A DNA stretch of 64,000 nt from Thalia democratica (Eukaryota), in NCBI GenBank assembly GCA_965202585.1, contig OZ241833.1, forward strand, positions 34,472,001 through 34,536,000. The letters are read 5' to 3'. A program made the position numbers and the translations under genes. Numbering within the stretch: position 1 is the first letter of the stretch; each line of letters begins with the position of its first letter. Positions 61,866-64,000 of the stretch are shown piece by piece. A model generated the notes under the pieces. That model was not told where the DNA came from and searched no databases. It worked only from the letters and a program-made list of their open reading frames with translations.

Positions 61866-63689
61866 ATAGCAAGTATAGGATTTCCTTTATTTTATTTATT
61901 AAAATCTTAAAGAGGTTAAAAATTATAACATAAGAAAAAATAATGGCATTCTAAGACTTCAAATGAGAAATTGATAAAAAGGGTGTTGAATTAAATTGTA
62001 ATTAAACTCAGTATATAGCTATCACTTAAAACACTTAGTTTTTTTGTATTTAATATATAACTGTTTACTATAACAATACAATAAACAGTTTCCTTGTAGG
62101 GAATGCACCAGTTTTTGAAAGTTTTCGAACATTTGAATGAAGCAAGTTTACAGTTATTTATTTTCGTACTTTAAACTTTTACCTTTCTTTACGGTGTAAA
62201 GTGTAATTAGCAGCTGCGTGTTTCAAGTAAGCATCAAACTTTGACTTTAAAATACATTGAAAGGGCTTAATTTTTATTAAGCTTAAAAAAGTATAACTAA
62301 CATGAATTAATTGATTATCAATTCATAACCACTTAAAGAAATACTTTTAGAAAAGTATAAAGGTGTTTAGTTAGTTGAATTGTTTACTGAACGACAAAAA
62401 ATAAGCACTCAAAACGTTTAGTCATAGGACTTGGTGTACGAAAAAACCTTTCGGCTATCGATTCATACACCATGTATATAGTTTTATGTGTTGTCCAGAA
62501 ATAAAGAAATTTTCATTAAACATTTTTGAAAAATAAATAAATAAATGATTCATTAGAGACCATAGTAAATGCGTATTAGACACCAGACCTAAAAATAGTC
62601 ATAAAACATGAGTATGTAATTAATGACAATTAATCATCAGTTGCTTTCATAACATGAGTCTTGAATAAACTTTTACTCATGTTAAACCTGTGCTGGACTT
62701 TAATTCAGAACATCAAGCAGAGCTGGTGGTAGCTAAGCAGCTAACGCAACAAAAGGTATTGATGTTAATAACAAAAAAAAATAACCCAATCAACTGACTT
62801 ATGATCAAATAAATTAAATAATATCCTGAAAAAAAGTACTGATAGGTTTGTACTTTCTGCAAACTCTTACAAGAAAACTCAAATTGCTAAATGCCCTAAA
62901 AAGTTTGAACGTTGGTTAAGCTGTGTTTTTAGAGAAGTTAACCTGTAAACATCATTTTTTTATAACTAAGTTTTTATTGATAAAAATATTTGTTAGTTTT
63001 ATAATTTGTATCATGTATTAATTTATCTCAGATTTAAATATTCTCATTTCCTTTTACTATATGTTTCCTTAGAAATTTAATTGAACCATATACAGCAGGG
63101 TTTCCTAACCAGGGTTGCTTGCATTCCAGGGATTGCGAGAGAGCTTTAAAATTTTTTGATTAATTTGGGGACTGTTAGCCTAAAGTCATTTTACTAAATA
63201 GAACCTATTTATCGACTTTTATAGCTAAGAAGCAATTAAATACATATAAAAAAAATTGGTATTTATGTCAATTCGAGTTGTATAAAAGCTGTCAAACTTT
63301 ATACTTATTTAGATGTTGTATTGATTTTAACTGTTTCTTTACAAAAAAACACTGCTAATATTACCTGAATCTAAAGTTTATTACAGTCATTAGAGACCAA
63401 AGTTTTTTTCACAAGTTTTAGACTAACGTGATTATATTGTTTTTAATTGAAAATATTACTTTAGCTAAAGATAGCAAAATTGATTATTTTTAAACCTAAA
63501 TCATATTAAAATGTATAAAAAGTTTTTGTCTCTAGTTTAAGACTTAAACCTTTTTTCATTTTTTACACAATATTTATTTAAACAATTCTCAATTACAAAC
63601 AAAGCTCTAATATTCTACATTTTATTAATGAAATTTTTTTTTACAGTTTTCAAATATAAATTTGAAAAATAATCAAATGAAACAAAGTA

Positions 63690-64000
63690 ACAAAAAACAT
63701 CGGCGAAAGTCAGCAGAGCAGAAGCCAGGACTTTCGTTTGCCGTGAGACAAGCTCAAATTTAACAATAGGATTGATCACGCCAATTCGATCATCAGACCA
63801 CAAGTTTCGGTAGACTGAGACCGGTTTCGTCCTTATTAGGACTCATCAGTCAGTCACAACCGAAAAACTTGTGGTCGTCAATCTACAAACGGTTTATCAT
63901 GCTTTCACACGAATCAACCATTTGCTAGCAATGATCAGTGACGTCAGCATTGTCATTTGCCGTGCAACGTTTAAAACATTGTCCAACAAAGTAGTTGTAG
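63690..64000. repeat. Second copy of palindromic family C, opposite orientation, runs off the window end
   Basis: 63775-63835 best matches the reverse complement of 58840-58905; 63870-63970 matches the reverse complement of 58725-58820; 63690-63770 matches 58510-58585. Confidence 0.75.

Noticed and set aside
46840-62668. Alternative nuclear code (TAA/TAG as sense) suggested by the in-frame TAG in the calpain-like gene and TAA at 62666
   Set aside because: PUS7 (both copies) ends at TAA and TBL3 at TAG at the expected C-termini, and more than 2000 codons of conserved CDS contain no internal TAA/TAG.
1-64000. tRNA, rRNA or snRNA genes
   Set aside because: No cloverleaf, A/B-box pair or rRNA-like segment recognised by eye; small snoRNAs cannot be excluded without a covariance-model search.

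Overview
AT-rich eukaryotic (very probably animal) genomic DNA; no prokaryotic features. Reconstructed genes: PUS7 (11 exons, minus), TBL3/UTP13 (4 exons, minus), intronless PDHX (minus), a divergent HP1-family gene (3 exons, plus), a disabled calpain-like gene (plus), an intronless SPACA9-like gene with a long C-terminal tail (minus) and an orphan multi-pass membrane protein (2 exons, minus). Around them are an hAT element with intact TIRs and TSD, several MITE families (9-bp-TSD MULE/Foldback-like, TTAA-flanked Kolobok-like), and Penelope and LINE fragments. Most unusual observations: (1) a duplicate of the PUS7 last exon with 9 synonymous and only 1 non-synonymous difference; (2) degenerate copies of exon-intron junctions inside four introns; (3) a shifted splice code (5' sites mostly GTTNGY, a probable GC donor, AAG acceptors); (4) GC3 jumping from about 36% to about 92% between adjacent exons; (5) an operon/trans-splicing-like layout of PDHX-TBL3-PUS7. 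All gene models were built by hand, and family assignments rest on remembered motifs, not on database searches.
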